This document shows positions 1 through 10,442 of a stretch of DNA of 32,000 nt, piece by piece. Origin of the DNA: Wolbachia endosymbiont of Cimex lectularius (GTDB taxonomy: Bacteria; Pseudomonadota; Alphaproteobacteria; Rickettsiales; Anaplasmataceae); the NCBI RefSeq assembly GCF_000829315.1, contig NZ_AP013028.1, forward strand, positions 870,001 through 902,000. Direction: 5' to 3'. The notes under the pieces are model-generated. The model saw only the letters and a list, made by a program, of their open reading frames with translations, had not been told where the DNA came from and did no database searches. Positions within the stretch are counted from its first letter, which is position 1. Each line of letters begins with the position of its first letter. Both the position numbers and the translations under genes were made by a program.

Positions 1-115
1 GATCCAGCCTTTCCATAATCATTAAAACGTCGTATTTTAACATAAAACAGCTACTTTTATACTCACCAACTTAATAAAATTCCTGGATGCCAGTGTCAAG
101 CACTGGCATGACACC
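1..115. repeat. Repeat unit U. It is truncated by the window start and is a near-identical second copy of 13250..13364.
   Basis: Manual alignment shows 1..115 equals 13250..13364 with one mismatch (t/c at position 23). A diverged third copy lies at 13054..13249. Confidence 0.9.
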
Positions 116-172
116 CTAGTGGTAGGCTCAAATCACAATGTTCATACAGTTGTGTGCTTGACACTGGCATCC
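85..172. repeat. Perfect 19-bp inverted repeat separated by 50 nt, overlapping a local hairpin with a 9-bp stem. MITE-like or palindromic element.
   Basis: ggatgccagtgtcaagcac at 85..103 is the exact reverse complement of gtgcttgacactggcatcc at 154..172. The segment atgccagtg-tcaag-cactggcat at 87..109 can also fold on its own. Confidence 0.85.
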
Positions 173-210
173 AATATACTACTTTAGTAGTAAATATTTA
201 AGAAATTTAC
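160..210 (+). repeat. 51-bp module M1 (gacactgg.atc.a..atactacttt.gta.taaat.tttaagaaattta.), copy 1 of 3.
   Basis: The same 51-nt module with a few substitutions occurs at 8803..8853 and 13724..13774, always on the + strand. Confidence 0.85.
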
Positions 211-347
211 TAGATTGTGATTGTAATTTTATGATGATTTTAATACTTAATATAAATATTCTAAAAGTTATATAAGAATTAATTAATATATAATGTACCT
301 CAGATATAATGTTGTACAAAAGTATACATATTCAATAAAATATTAAC

Positions 348-3300
348 ATGAAAAGCTTGCTTATAGAGAGGAATAGGACAGTAATATTATTGCTTATAGT
401 GATTTTTATTTTTGGTTTATACTCCTATATAAAAATGCCAAGGGAAAGCAACCCAGATATACAAATTCCTGTAATCAGTGTGTTTGTTGGACTTCCTGGA
501 ATTTCTGTTGAAGATAGTGAGAAGTTATTAGCTATTCCGATAGAAAATGAACTGAGGTCCATAAAGGAGTTAAGGAGCTAAAGGCCCTAGCGACTAATGA
601 TGGCGCTCATATAATACTTGAATTCGGTACAGAGTATAGTAACAAGGAAGTGCTCGATAACGTCCGTTCAAAGCTTTCAAATATAAAATCGAAGTTACCT
701 GCTGAAGCGGAGTCTCCGATAATCAGTGAAATAAACTTAAGCTTATTTCCTATATTAAATGTTGGATTGGTTGGTCATTTACCAGAAAGGGCTGTGACCG
801 ATATAGCGCGTAAGTTAAAAAAAGGAATAGAATCTCTGCCAAATGTCCTTAAGGTTGAAGTGGCGGGCGTACGTAAGGAAACGATAGAAGTGATAATTGA
901 GCCCACAATACTAACGAAATACAACATTCAATCAGGTGAAATATTTCATGCTATATCAAGCAATAACAGATTAGTAGGAGCCGGATCGTTTGACAATGAC
1001 ACAGGCAAATACTCAATTAAAGTGTCAGGATTATTAAAAGATATAGAAGATATTATGAACATTCCTGTTAGGTCTCAAGGCGATGCAGTTTTGAGAATAA
1101 AGGATGTGGCAAAGGTGTATCCTAGATTTGAAGATTATGAAGGATTTGCTCGCATCAACGGGCTGTCTAGTGTTGTGTTAGAAGTTTCAAAACGTAATGG
1201 AAAGAACATAATAGATACAGTAAATCAGGTGAAATACCTAATAGATAAGGCAAAAGACCAATTACCTGAAAATCTAAAAGTGGTGTATTTAAACGACCAG
1301 TCAAAAAATGTCCGCAATGTGCTTGATGACCTCAAGAACGGCATAATATTTGCTGTGTTGTTGATATTAATTATAATAATACTCTCTATGGGTACAAGGA
1401 CGGCTATTCTTGTGGCACTTTCGATACCTGGCTCCTTTCTTGTTGGAATAATAGCTCTTTACTTCATGGGCATAACCTTAAATATTGTTGTGCTCTTCAG
1501 TTTAATTATGGCAGTTGGCATGTTGGTTGATGACGCAATCGTAGTTAGTGAATATGCTGATAGAAAGATGATTTATGGAATGGACAAGGTAGAAGCCTTT
1601 CACACTTCAGTTCGTGATATGTTTTCTCCAGTTCTATCATCGACATTAACTAAATTGGCAGTGTTTTTCCCTCTGTTATTTTGGCCTGATATGATTGGTA
1701 AGTTTATGCAGTATATACCAATCACAATAATTTTAACTTTGACCGGTTCGCTCATCATGGCTTTGGTTTTCATACCAACACTCGGTGCAATGTTTGGTAG
1801 GCCCTCGGTAATTTCGAAAGAAGAAGTTGAAAAAATGAACGCGATAGAAAGTGGTGAGATAAAGAATACTGGACCTATGATAAGAGCTTACGTACGTACA
1901 CTGGAGAAAGTTTTAGATCATCCTAAAAAATTTGTGTGTGCTACTATATTAGTTTTGCTCTCGTTTAGTATATTATATTTCACCTTTAGCCCTGGAGTAA
2001 AGTTTTTCCCGAAAGTGGATTCAGATAATATTCTAATTAGTGTTAAAGCAAAGGAAAGTTTATCAGCCAAGGAACGAGACCTGATACTAAAAGAAGTGGA
2101 AGAGCGCATCTCGGGCATCAAAAAAGAAATTCATGCTTCTTATGCTAAATCAGAAACATTCTCAGATAACGTTATTACTGAAATCCAACTAGAACTTGTG
2201 GATTGGCGCTTTAGGCGCAAGGTTAGGCACATATTAAATGATATAAGAAGTAGCGTGCAAGATATGAAAGGAGTGATAATCGATATTCAAGAAGAAAATT
2301 CAGGACCGTCAGCCAACAAACCAATACAAATTAATCTCAGCGGGGATGAATCTAGCCTGGATTTAGCAGCAGAGCAAATTCTAAAAATTATGGATCAACC
2401 TTCATCAGGATTTATCAATATTCAAGATAGCAGATCAACACCTGAAATAGAGTGGAATATGAATATTGATAAAAGTAAGGCTGCAAGCTCTGGAGTAAGT
2501 GTTGCAACCATTGGCGATTTTATAAAAATGGTCACAAGTGGAGTATTAATCGGAAAATACAGATCAAATAATCTGGACCAAGAAATAGATATTATACTCC
2601 GTTTTCCCGAGCGAGATCGTAACATGAAGACTATAGAGAACCTTTTTATTAATACAGTTAATGGTCCGTATCCTATGAGCAATATAGTAAAATACGTTCC
2701 CAAAAAAAAGATAAACAAGCTAAGTAGGATTAACGGATCACGCACAGTAACAATCTCTGCTGATGTTGATCCTGGGTATCTGGTTGACGAAAGAGTTAAG
2801 TTCATTCAAGATTCGATTGTTCAAGATTGGGACAAGAGAGTACAAATTGATTTTAAAGGCGATAAAGAAGATCAACAAAAATCAGAAGCCTTTTTGCTGA
2901 AGGCTTTTATATTGGCAATTACATTAATGATTTTGGTATTAGTGACACAATTCAATAGTGTATATCACACATTCATTGTAATGACGGCAGTATTTTTATC
3001 TACCACATATGTATTTTTTGTTTTCTTTCTTGTCCATAAAGTTTTTGTAGTTGTTATGTGCGGGGTAGGAATAATTGCTTTAGCAGGAATTATAGTAAAT
3101 AATAATATATTATTACTTGACGCTTTTCATCACCAAATTGAAGTATACAAAGATGACGTTAAGCGATGTGTAATAAATGCTTCGATTTCTCGCATTAGGC
3201 CAATATTGCTTACTGTTGCAACCACAGTTCTTGGCTTAATACCGATGATTACTAAGCTAAACATCAATTTTTTCACGTTACAAATCACGTATGATGCTCC

Positions 3301-3421
3301 ATCAAGCCAGTGGTGGGTTGACATTTCAATCACCATAGCATGTGGAATGTTAGCTGCGACGGTTCTAACCTTATTTTTTACTCCGGCGTTACTTATGATG
3401 CAAAGACATGAAAAAACTTGA
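348..3421 (+). pseudogene. RND (AcrB/AcrD/AcrF-family) inner-membrane efflux transporter, interrupted by one frameshift near 555..581.
   Basis: The 77-aa ORF 348..581 has an RND N-terminus (TM1 then the PRESNPDIQIPVISV motif). The 923-aa ORF 650..3421 continues in another frame. That second frame is open from 551 and reads GVKELKALATNDGAHIILEF, the expected continuation. The total is about 1020 aa with 12-TM RND topology. Confidence 0.8.
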
Positions 3422-3508
3422 CTTAAATTAGTAATTATTTAATATTAAAAATAGTGTTCTTTGCCCGTTGAAGCTATAATTATAACTAATTGTATAGGAT
3501 TTATTTGT

Positions 3509-5071
3509 ATGATTGCTAACCGAAAAAGCAGTGTTAAACAGAAAAGTGACAAAAATAACTTAGTTGGAAGCATTAACATAATAAAAACAGCAGGAGAGCT
3601 TTCACTTCAAAAAGGTCTAGATTTTGAAGTGGTAATGAAGGCATTAGAAAGTGCCATAGAAGCAGTGGCTCATCAAAAATATGGTAGTAAAAGTAAGGTT
3701 ACAGTCAACATAGATAGAAACACAGGCAAAGTTACTGCATATAGAGAATTAAGGGTTATTAGTGATGAACCAAATGAAGAAGAGAATGCTGGATATGAAT
3801 CAATTACTCTTACACAAGCTAAGTTAATAAGAGAAGATGCAAAAATTGGAGATACTGTTAATGAATTGCTTTCTCTCAGCACTGATCTTGCTTCAGCAAG
3901 AATTGCCCAACAAAGAATTGCTCAGGTGATTAAATATAAAGAATCGAAAAAGCAATATGAGGAATTTAAGGATAAGGTCGGAGAAATAAGATATGGTATT
4001 GTTAAACAAGTGGAGTATTCAGACCTGATCATAGACATAAATGGCGCTAGGGCATACCTTCCATTGCGAAATTTAATCGGTGGTGAATCATTTCGCGAAG
4101 GCGATAAGATTAAAGCTTACATACAAACTGTTAAGCGTTCTGATGATGGACGTCAAATTATTCTTTCTAGGGCCCATGAAGGCTTTTTGGAAGCACTATT
4201 AAATCAAGAGATACCGGAAATTGCTGACGGGTTAGTAACAGTTAAAGGTATAGCTAGAGATGCTGGTTCAAGGTCTAAAGTTGCTGTTTTCTCTCCTGAT
4301 AAAAACATCGACCCAGTAGGTGCTTGTGTTGGAGTTAAGGGGGATAGGATAAAAACCATCATACATGAATTAAATGGAGAAAAAATTGATGTCATACATT
4401 ACTTTTCAGACCTGGGCCAATTTGTTATCAAAGCAATTACTCCTGCAGAAGTATCGAAGGTTATTATTGATGAAAATGAAAATTGTGTAGAATTAATAGT
4501 TGCTGAAGATCAATTAAGCTTAGCTATAGGAAAAAAAGGTCAAAATGTAAGATTAGCCTCAGAGCTTGTTGGATGGAAAATTGAGATACTAAGCACTCAG
4601 CAAGAATCAGAAAGGCGGAGTAGAGAACTCAGTCAGTGTTCAGCTTTATTTGCTGAAGCTCTAAATTTAGAGGAGATTATGGGGCAGTTGTTAGTCACAG
4701 AGGGTTTTTCAAGCGTAGAGGACATATCCAATGCTTCAATTAAAGAGCTTGCTTCGATAGAAGGCTTTAACGAAGATATTGCGAGTGAATTGCACAGCAG
4801 AGCAAATAAATATCTAAAAGCAGAAAATGACAAAAAAATAGAAGAGTTAAGAAGTTTAGGTATGGAAGACGATGTAATCAATTTACCTTTATCAATAGAC
4901 GATAAAATTGCTCTTAGTAAACATGGTATTAAAACTCTAGGAGATGTGGCAGATTTGTCAAGCTATGAATTTTATGGTATACTCTCCTCTTCAGCAAGTG
5001 GTAAAGAGGATTTAAAAGACACAATAGACTCAATAATCATGGAAGCTCGTAAGAAGCTTGGGATAATATAG
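3509..5071 (+). CDS. nusA: Transcription termination/antitermination factor NusA.
   Basis: The protein has an N-terminal domain, an S1 domain, two KH domains ([11 protein letters not shown]) and a C-terminal acidic repeat. It lies immediately upstream of infB. The ORF track starts at 3461 (TTG), but the ATG at 3509 fits NusA N-termini better. Confidence 0.93.
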   Translation: MIANRKSSVKQKSDKNNLVGSINIIKTAGELSLQKGLDFEVVMKALESAIEAVAHQKYGSKSKVTVNIDRNTGKVTAYRELRVISDEPNEEENAGYESITLTQAKLIREDAKIGDTVNELLSLSTDLASARIAQQRIAQVIKYKESKKQYEEFKDKVGEIRYGIVKQVEYSDLIIDINGARAYLPLRNLIGGESFREGDKIKAYIQTVKRSDDGRQIILSRAHEGFLEALLNQEIPEIADGLVTVKGIARDAGSRSKVAVFSPDKNIDPVGACVGVKGDRIKTIIHELNGEKIDVIHYFSDLGQFVIKAITPAEVSKVIIDENENCVELIVAEDQLSLAIGKKGQNVRLASELVGWKIEILSTQQESERRSRELSQCSALFAEALNLEEIMGQLLVTEGFSSVEDISNASIKELASIEGFNEDIASELHSRANKYLKAENDKKIEELRSLGMEDDVINLPLSIDDKIALSKHGIKTLGDVADLSSYEFYGILSSSASGKEDLKDTIDSIIMEARKKLGII

Positions 5072-5079
5072 CAAAATGT

Positions 5080-7398
5080 ATGAATAACGAAGATATCAGT
5101 AGTAAAAAACTAACGCTTCAAGGTTTTAACAAACTTAAGTTGGGTCTTGATTTGAACTCTTCAGCGAGTCCAAGTACGAGAGCTACAATAGTAAAAAAAA
5201 GGAGAAGAAAACCTCATGAGCCAGAAGAACAAGATGGAAGTAAATTAGGCTCCTTGACAGAAAAAGAGCAAATCTTCCGTATTAATGCTGTACAGAATGC
5301 TGCTTTGTTAAAAGAAAAGAATCTAAAAGAAGAAAAAAAGGCAGTAGTAAAAGAAGACAATGATGAAAAGTTTGATGATGAAGATGGTGCTTCAGATGCC
5401 TCGTTTAAAGAAATCGAAGAAAAAGCTTCAAGTGGTGTTAGCCCAGCTAAGCCAACGGAGGGTGGAATTGACGATGAAGATGATGATAAAAAACCTTTAA
5501 AGGCTAACAAAGATATATATTCTAAGCACTCCAAGCTGATAATCGCGCAATCAATAGATGATAAAATTGAACAATCCCCTGCGTTTAAGCAAAGATTTGG
5601 TATAAGAAATAGAAAATCGAAATTCACCAAAGGTAAAAACATATCAAGAGAAGTTATTATACCAGATGAAATTACAATCAGAGAATTATCCGTTCGTATG
5701 GCAGAGGACAGCAAAGATGTGTTAAGAATGTTGAAAGAAGAAGTTGGTGAGAGTTACAGAGTGGATGATTTGGTGGATCCGGATATAGCATGTGAAATAG
5801 TGGAAAAATTTAATCATACAGCTAAACGAGTGAGCGATGCTAACAAGGAAAAGGATTTACTTTTCATAGAGGACAGAGAAAGCTTGCCTAAAAAACCTAA
5901 GCCGCCAGTTGTCACTTTTATGGGACATGTTGATCATGGTAAAACCTCATTGCTCGATGCGTTTCGTGAATCTAATATTGCAGAAAGAGAGTCAGGTGGA
6001 ATAACTCAACATATAGGTGCTTACCAGGTAGTTACAAAGGATAAGCAAAGAATTACTTTCATTGACACACCAGGACATGAGGCGTTCACTGCAATGCGTG
6101 CATGTGGTGCCAACATCACTAATATAGTTGTAATAGTGATCGCGGCCGACGACGGAGTGATGAAACAAACGATTGAGGCAATAAATCATGCAAAGGCAGC
6201 AAATGTTTCTATTATAGTTGCTATTAATAAAATCGATAAATTGCAGTCTAATGATATAGAAAGGGTAATTAGTAGTTTACCTCAATATGACCTCATTCCT
6301 GAAGAACTTGGTGGTGATGTTATGGTTGTGCCAGTATCGGCAAAAAAGAAAATCAACCTAGACAAACTAGAAGAGGCGATTTTGTTAATTGCTGATTTAA
6401 TGAAGCTTGAAGCGATAGAGGATTGTCGAGCATTTGGGTGGGTGATAGAATCTAAAATAGATAAAGCCAAGGGAATATCAGCTACGTTAATAGTTGAGGA
6501 AGGAACGCTGAAGGTTGGTGATATGTTGGTGGTTGGTACGACATATGGAAAAGTACGTAGTATGGTTAATCATCTTGGTCAAAGGGAAAAGATGGCTCCA
6601 CCTTCTACTCCAATTGAGATCACTAGTCTAAACGGTGTGCCAGATGCTGGAGATAAATTTGTTGTTGTAAATTCTGAAAGGCAGGCACGTGAAGTCGTTG
6701 AATACAGATTAGAGCTGATCAAGAGAAAAGAGGAGGATTCAAGCAATAGTGATTTAGACATGTTCAGTCGTAATGACAGTGAAACAGAAGAGTTACCTGT
6801 AGTTTTGAAATGTGATGTAACTGGTTCTATCGAAGCAATATCAAGTTCAATTGATAAACTTGGTAAAGATCAAGTGAAATTAAATATCCTACACAAGGCG
6901 GTGGGGGGCATAACAGACTCAGATGTGCTGCTTGCAGAAGCGTCGAGAGCAGTAATTTTGGCGTTCAATGTCAAAGTGGATTCAAAAATAAGGGATTTGG
7001 CAAAACACAAAGGTGTAGAAATACGTACTTATAACGTAATATACGAACTTATTGACAGTATGAAAATGTGCTTGACTAAAATGTTAAAGCCTGTAACACG
7101 AGAAGTGCGTATTGGTTCTGTATCTGTGAGACAGATATTTAATGTATCTAAAGCTGGTAATATTATTGGATGTTATGTAAGTAATGGAATTGTAAAAAAA
7201 GATTCTTTAATTAAGGTAATGCGCAACAGTAAATTAATATATGAAGGAAAATTGAAAGCTTTGCGTAGATTTAAGGATGATGTTAAGGAAGTAGGTACAA
7301 ACTTTGAATGTGGAATGTCTCTAGATGGTGATGCCGATATTAAGGTTGGAGATATTCTGGAAGTTTATCAATTAGTGCAGGAAGAAAGGGTATTATAG
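5080..7398 (+). CDS. infB: Translation initiation factor IF-2.
   Basis: GTPase motifs [14 protein letters not shown] and NKID are present, with an acidic low-complexity N-terminus. The nusA-infB-rbfA order is conserved. Confidence 0.97.
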   Translation: MNNEDISSKKLTLQGFNKLKLGLDLNSSASPSTRATIVKKRRRKPHEPEEQDGSKLGSLTEKEQIFRINAVQNAALLKEKNLKEEKKAVVKEDNDEKFDDEDGASDASFKEIEEKASSGVSPAKPTEGGIDDEDDDKKPLKANKDIYSKHSKLIIAQSIDDKIEQSPAFKQRFGIRNRKSKFTKGKNISREVIIPDEITIRELSVRMAEDSKDVLRMLKEEVGESYRVDDLVDPDIACEIVEKFNHTAKRVSDANKEKDLLFIEDRESLPKKPKPPVVTFMGHVDHGKTSLLDAFRESNIAERESGGITQHIGAYQVVTKDKQRITFIDTPGHEAFTAMRACGANITNIVVIVIAADDGVMKQTIEAINHAKAANVSIIVAINKIDKLQSNDIERVISSLPQYDLIPEELGGDVMVVPVSAKKKINLDKLEEAILLIADLMKLEAIEDCRAFGWVIESKIDKAKGISATLIVEEGTLKVGDMLVVGTTYGKVRSMVNHLGQREKMAPPSTPIEITSLNGVPDAGDKFVVVNSERQAREVVEYRLELIKRKEEDSSNSDLDMFSRNDSETEELPVVLKCDVTGSIEAISSSIDKLGKDQVKLNILHKAVGGITDSDVLLAEASRAVILAFNVKVDSKIRDLAKHKGVEIRTYNVIYELIDSMKMCLTKMLKPVTREVRIGSVSVRQIFNVSKAGNIIGCYVSNGIVKKDSLIKVMRNSKLIYEGKLKALRRFKDDVKEVGTNFECGMSLDGDADIKVGDILEVYQLVQEERVL

Positions 7399-7399
7399 T

Positions 7400-7744
7400 A
7401 TGAAAAAAGAAATCAGGAGCCTAAAAATAGCATCTGTACTGCATAGAGCAATGTCCAGAGTCTTAATGGAAGGTAAGGCATTCAATAAAAATGTAGTGGT
7501 ATCTGAAGTAAAGTTAAGTAAAGACTTAAAAAAAGCAGATGTATATGTAGTGCTATCTTCATTAAGTGAAAAAGATTGTGATATTAGCACTATTATTGAT
7601 GAAATCAACCAATCTGCATGGTTGATACACAAATCCATATTGTGTTATGTTGATTTGCGGTTTGTACCCAAGTTAGTTTTCAAAACTGATTTAGCATTCG
7701 ATAATTTTGTTAATGTAAGCAAAATACTAAGTAATCATACTTAA
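7400..7744 (+). CDS. rbfA: Ribosome-binding factor A.
   Basis: The 114-aa protein starts 2 nt after the infB stop. Its size and sequence pattern are RbfA-like (RSLKIASVLHRAMSRVL...VKLSKDLKKADVYV). Confidence 0.88.
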   Translation: MKKEIRSLKIASVLHRAMSRVLMEGKAFNKNVVVSEVKLSKDLKKADVYVVLSSLSEKDCDISTIIDEINQSAWLIHKSILCYVDLRFVPKLVFKTDLAFDNFVNVSKILSNHT

Positions 7745-8604
7745 TGATGCATTTCAATCATTACTTTTCATTGATGAGGTTGCACAGTTTAACAGGTTTT
7801 TGGCTTGTATTATTCCCTAGTTTAAGTGGTATTATTCTAGCCTCAGCTTCTCTATCTTGGCAGGCTTTTTTTCTCCTTATTTTGTTTACTATAGGCGCAT
7901 TCTTGATGAGACCTGCGGGTTGTATAATCAATGATATTTTCGATAAAGAAATAGATGCGCATGTTGAACGAACAAAATATAGGCCACTTGCAAGTGGTGC
8001 ACTAAACGTAAAGCAAGCTTTGATTTTACTTTCTCTGTTACTGTCCATTGCACTAGTAATCCTATTGCTCACCAATAAAACTACACTTATACTTGGGGTA
8101 ATCTCAATGTGTATGATAATTATTTACCCTTTACTAAAGCGTTACGTTTGGTGGCCACAATTGTTTTTAGGGTTTACTTTTAATATGGGATCGCTCCTAG
8201 GTTGGGCGGCAGTAAAGAACCAGATTAGTATAGAACCTATGCTCTTTTATGCAGGATGTATTTTTTGGACACTGAGTTACGACACCATATACGCTCATCA
8301 AGATAAAAGAGATGATGAAAAACTCGGAATGAAATCAACAGCACTGTATTTTGGTGATACAACAAAATCTTGGCTAAAAAGGTTTCATTTAATATCTCTT
8401 ATGATGTGGCTATATGCCGGTATCTTATCATCATTGAATAACATTTTCTATATCGCTTTACTTGCTGTAGGGGTCATGTTTCATTACCAATATAAAAATC
8501 TCAACCCCGACGACTCCAGTCAATGCATGTCCATATTTAAAAATAACTCCTATGTAGGACTATTGCTTTTTCTCAGCATTCTTTTAGATAGAGTTGTAAA
8601 CTGA
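7744..8604 (+). CDS. ubiA: 4-hydroxybenzoate polyprenyltransferase (UbiA family).
   Basis: The first Asp-rich motif NDIFDKEIDAHVERTKYRPLASG and the second motif YAHQDKRDDEKLGMKSTA are present in a polytopic membrane protein. The start overlaps the rbfA stop (TAATG). Confidence 0.92.
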   Translation: MMHFNHYFSLMRLHSLTGFWLVLFPSLSGIILASASLSWQAFFLLILFTIGAFLMRPAGCIINDIFDKEIDAHVERTKYRPLASGALNVKQALILLSLLLSIALVILLLTNKTTLILGVISMCMIIIYPLLKRYVWWPQLFLGFTFNMGSLLGWAAVKNQISIEPMLFYAGCIFWTLSYDTIYAHQDKRDDEKLGMKSTALYFGDTTKSWLKRFHLISLMMWLYAGILSSLNNIFYIALLAVGVMFHYQYKNLNPDDSSQCMSIFKNNSYVGLLLFLSILLDRVVN

Positions 8605-8698
8605 AATACGACTAATTAAGAAAGGCTGCCCCGAAGGAGTTTAGAGACACCGGGGAAGACTTTGTTGGAGCTATCTATAGAAAAATCTATAGCTTATA

Positions 8699-9275
8699 CC
8701 AATGGTAATAGGACAAATTAAATTGCCAGTCAACAATGGTGTCATTCCAGCGCTCCCTCCTTCTGTCATCCAAGCGCCTCCTTTTTTGTTATCCAAGTAG
8801 CTGACACTTGCATCTAGGATACTACTTTGGTAATAAATATTTAAGAAATTTACCGAGTGAGAAAAAAGCAAAGGAAGCCCCATGTTAGCTAGTTATTTAC
8901 TTTTGTGTCGAAATATCGGCGTTTTTTTTATTCTAAACGCTTGACGAATGCGACTTAGCTGCAAACGTTTAAAAAATTTACTAAACAGAAAAAAAAGCAA
9001 AAAAAACCCCGGTAGCTAGTTATTTACTATCTATCCTATAATATTGGCGTTTTTTTATGTTTTAAATGACTTATAAGCGCGTTTGAGCTTGTATAGGTAA
9101 AGAACCAGAAGTTTTAAAAAGACATACGGTGCACATAGTGCGAAAAATTAAACATGAGACGCCAGATATACTAAGTTTTTTTGTCATTTAATCTGCACAG
9201 ACTGAAGATAAATAATAGCTTCAATCTTATAATAATGGGTTTGGCGAAAGTTGTCAAGCAGTTTTTTTTATTTCT
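8699..9275. repeat. Composite intergenic repeat locus 1. Module order is R2 core (8699..8745), a roughly 22-bp periodic gtcatccaag-type array (8738..8815), M1 (8803..8853), two ~110-bp sub-units, then a promoter-bearing terminal module (to 9275).
   Basis: Each module aligns by eye to 12877..13060 plus 13684..14197 in the same order. The terminal part also aligns to 22204..22450 in inverted orientation. Confidence 0.85.
9229..9257 (-). promoter_or_regulatory. Sigma70-like promoter inside repeat copy A (TTGACA-17-TATTAT on the minus strand).
   Basis: The reverse complement of 9252..9257 is TTGACA. Seventeen nt downstream on the minus strand, 9234..9229 reads TATTAT. An A-rich tract lies upstream. 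This is homologous to the perfect consensus at 22222..22250. Confidence 0.45.
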
Positions 9276-9284
9276 GATCTCAAA

Positions 9285-10400
9285 CTACGGACCTTCTCGC
9301 GGATAAAATCGAGAGCTTAGCCTCAAGTCTTTTGCAGACGTTATAGAGCTAAGTAGTAGTCCTACGCATATTAAGCTTGCAGCAGTTGTGCTTCCTCCAT
9401 AGGATAGAAATGGCAACGGATCACCTATTACGGGTAAAAGACCGATTGTCATTCCGATGTTTATGGCGAAATGAACGCCAAAAAAGGCAAAAATCCCGAT
9501 AGATACCAACTTAGAAAAATAATTTCTTGATCTATAAGCAATAGAGAATATTATAGCAAACAGCGTAGTATAGAGGAAAACCAAAACCATGCTACCTAAA
9601 AACCCCCATTCCTCGCCAAGCACCGCAAAAGCAAAATCTGTGCGCTTTTCCGGTAAAAACCCAAGCTGAGTTTGACTTCCATTAACAAAGCCTTTGCCAA
9701 GCAAACCTCCTGAACCTATAGCTATCTGGGATTGCTGCGCATTATAGCCTATTCCAAGAGGATCCACTGATGAATCTAAAAACGACAGTATCCTTTGCTT
9801 GTGATAAGGGCGTAAAAAAGGCCAGATAGTTGGTATTACAAGAATGCCAATCGTTCCAAAAACTATCAAATGAGATCTTTTGATTATTGCTGTGAATATA
9901 ATCGATGCTCCTATAAATAACATTATCACGGCCGTGCCTAAATTAGGCTGCTTTAGTACCAAGAATACAGGTAAGAAAATAATTATAAATGCCTTAAATA
10001 ACCTTTGAAATTCCATCATTTTATACACACTTTGCTTATTAAAATAACGAGCAAGTGCAAGTATTAAGCCTACTTTTGCGAACTCTGACGGTTGCAAACT
10101 AATTGGCCCAATTCTTATCCACCTTGTTGCACCCATTATGTGCGAACCAAAAAAGTTTACTAACAGCAGCGAAGTTACTGCTGCTATATAAAAAAGGTAG
10201 GCGTACTTCAAATAAAAATCTATCTCTATGAATGACATAGCTATAGCCAATAGAAAAAAGAAAGAGAACACAACTAGTTGATGAATCGCAAATGGCATCC
10301 ACTTTCCTCCAGCAGAAGAATATTGAACAACAATGCCAACGCAAAACAGCGCTATTATGTTAATGATCAACAATAAGTAAATCTTCTTTGGCCTACCCAC
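9285..10400 (-). CDS. rodA: SEDS-family peptidoglycan polymerase, RodA-like.
   Basis: QSQIAIGSGGLLGKGFVNGSQTQLGFLPEKRTDFAFAVLGEEWGF and PFLSYGGS closely follow the E. coli RodA pattern (QSKIAIGSGGLRGKG...LPERHTDFIFAV) rather than FtsW. The protein has about 10 TM segments and a GTG start at 10400. Confidence 0.78.
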   Translation of the reverse strand: MGRPKKIYLLLIINIIALFCVGIVVQYSSAGGKWMPFAIHQLVVFSFFFLLAIAMSFIEIDFYLKYAYLFYIAAVTSLLLVNFFGSHIMGATRWIRIGPISLQPSEFAKVGLILALARYFNKQSVYKMMEFQRLFKAFIIIFLPVFLVLKQPNLGTAVIMLFIGASIIFTAIIKRSHLIVFGTIGILVIPTIWPFLRPYHKQRILSFLDSSVDPLGIGYNAQQSQIAIGSGGLLGKGFVNGSQTQLGFLPEKRTDFAFAVLGEEWGFLGSMVLVFLYTTLFAIIFSIAYRSRNYFSKLVSIGIFAFFGVHFAINIGMTIGLLPVIGDPLPFLSYGGSTTAASLICVGLLLSSITSAKDLRLSSRFYPREGP

Positions 10401-10442
10401 AACAAGAACTTTATAACCTTGAAGTATAATAAGAAATGAAAA

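Noticed and set aside
555-581. Possible programmed -1 ribosomal frameshift in the RND pump gene.
   Set aside because: There is no X-XXY-YYZ slippery heptamer and no downstream structure at the shift site. RND pumps are not known to use recoding. A 1-nt indel in a short A-run is the simpler explanation.
3461-3508. Upstream TTG-initiated extension of nusA given by the ORF track.
   Set aside because: The 16 extra residues (PVEAIIITNCIGFIC) have no counterpart in NusA. The ATG at 3509 gives a conventional N-terminus. The evidence remains weak either way.
5214-5714. 166-aa minus-strand ORF inside infB.
   Set aside because: It is antisense to the acidic low-complexity N-terminal region of IF-2. 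The Ser/Leu-rich translation is typical of the reverse complement of GAA/GAT/AAA-rich coding sequence.
8671-8883. 70-aa ORF (minus strand) in the ubiA-rodA spacer. Similar ORFs lie at 12841..13026, 13042..13323, 13336..13530 and 13403..13642.
   Set aside because: All lie entirely within the intergenic repeat modules or antisense to the terminase relic. Their open frames follow from the repeat sequence, and they lack RBS context and recognisable domains.
10099-10344. 81-aa minus-strand ORF in an alternative frame of rodA. Similar overlapping ORFs include 11158..11391 (antisense to mrpD), 17720..18049 (antisense within the lipase-like gene) and 7393..7638 (antisense to rbfA).
   Set aside because: They are embedded in well-supported genes and have no independent evidence. 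They are the typical spurious ORFs of an AT-rich genome.
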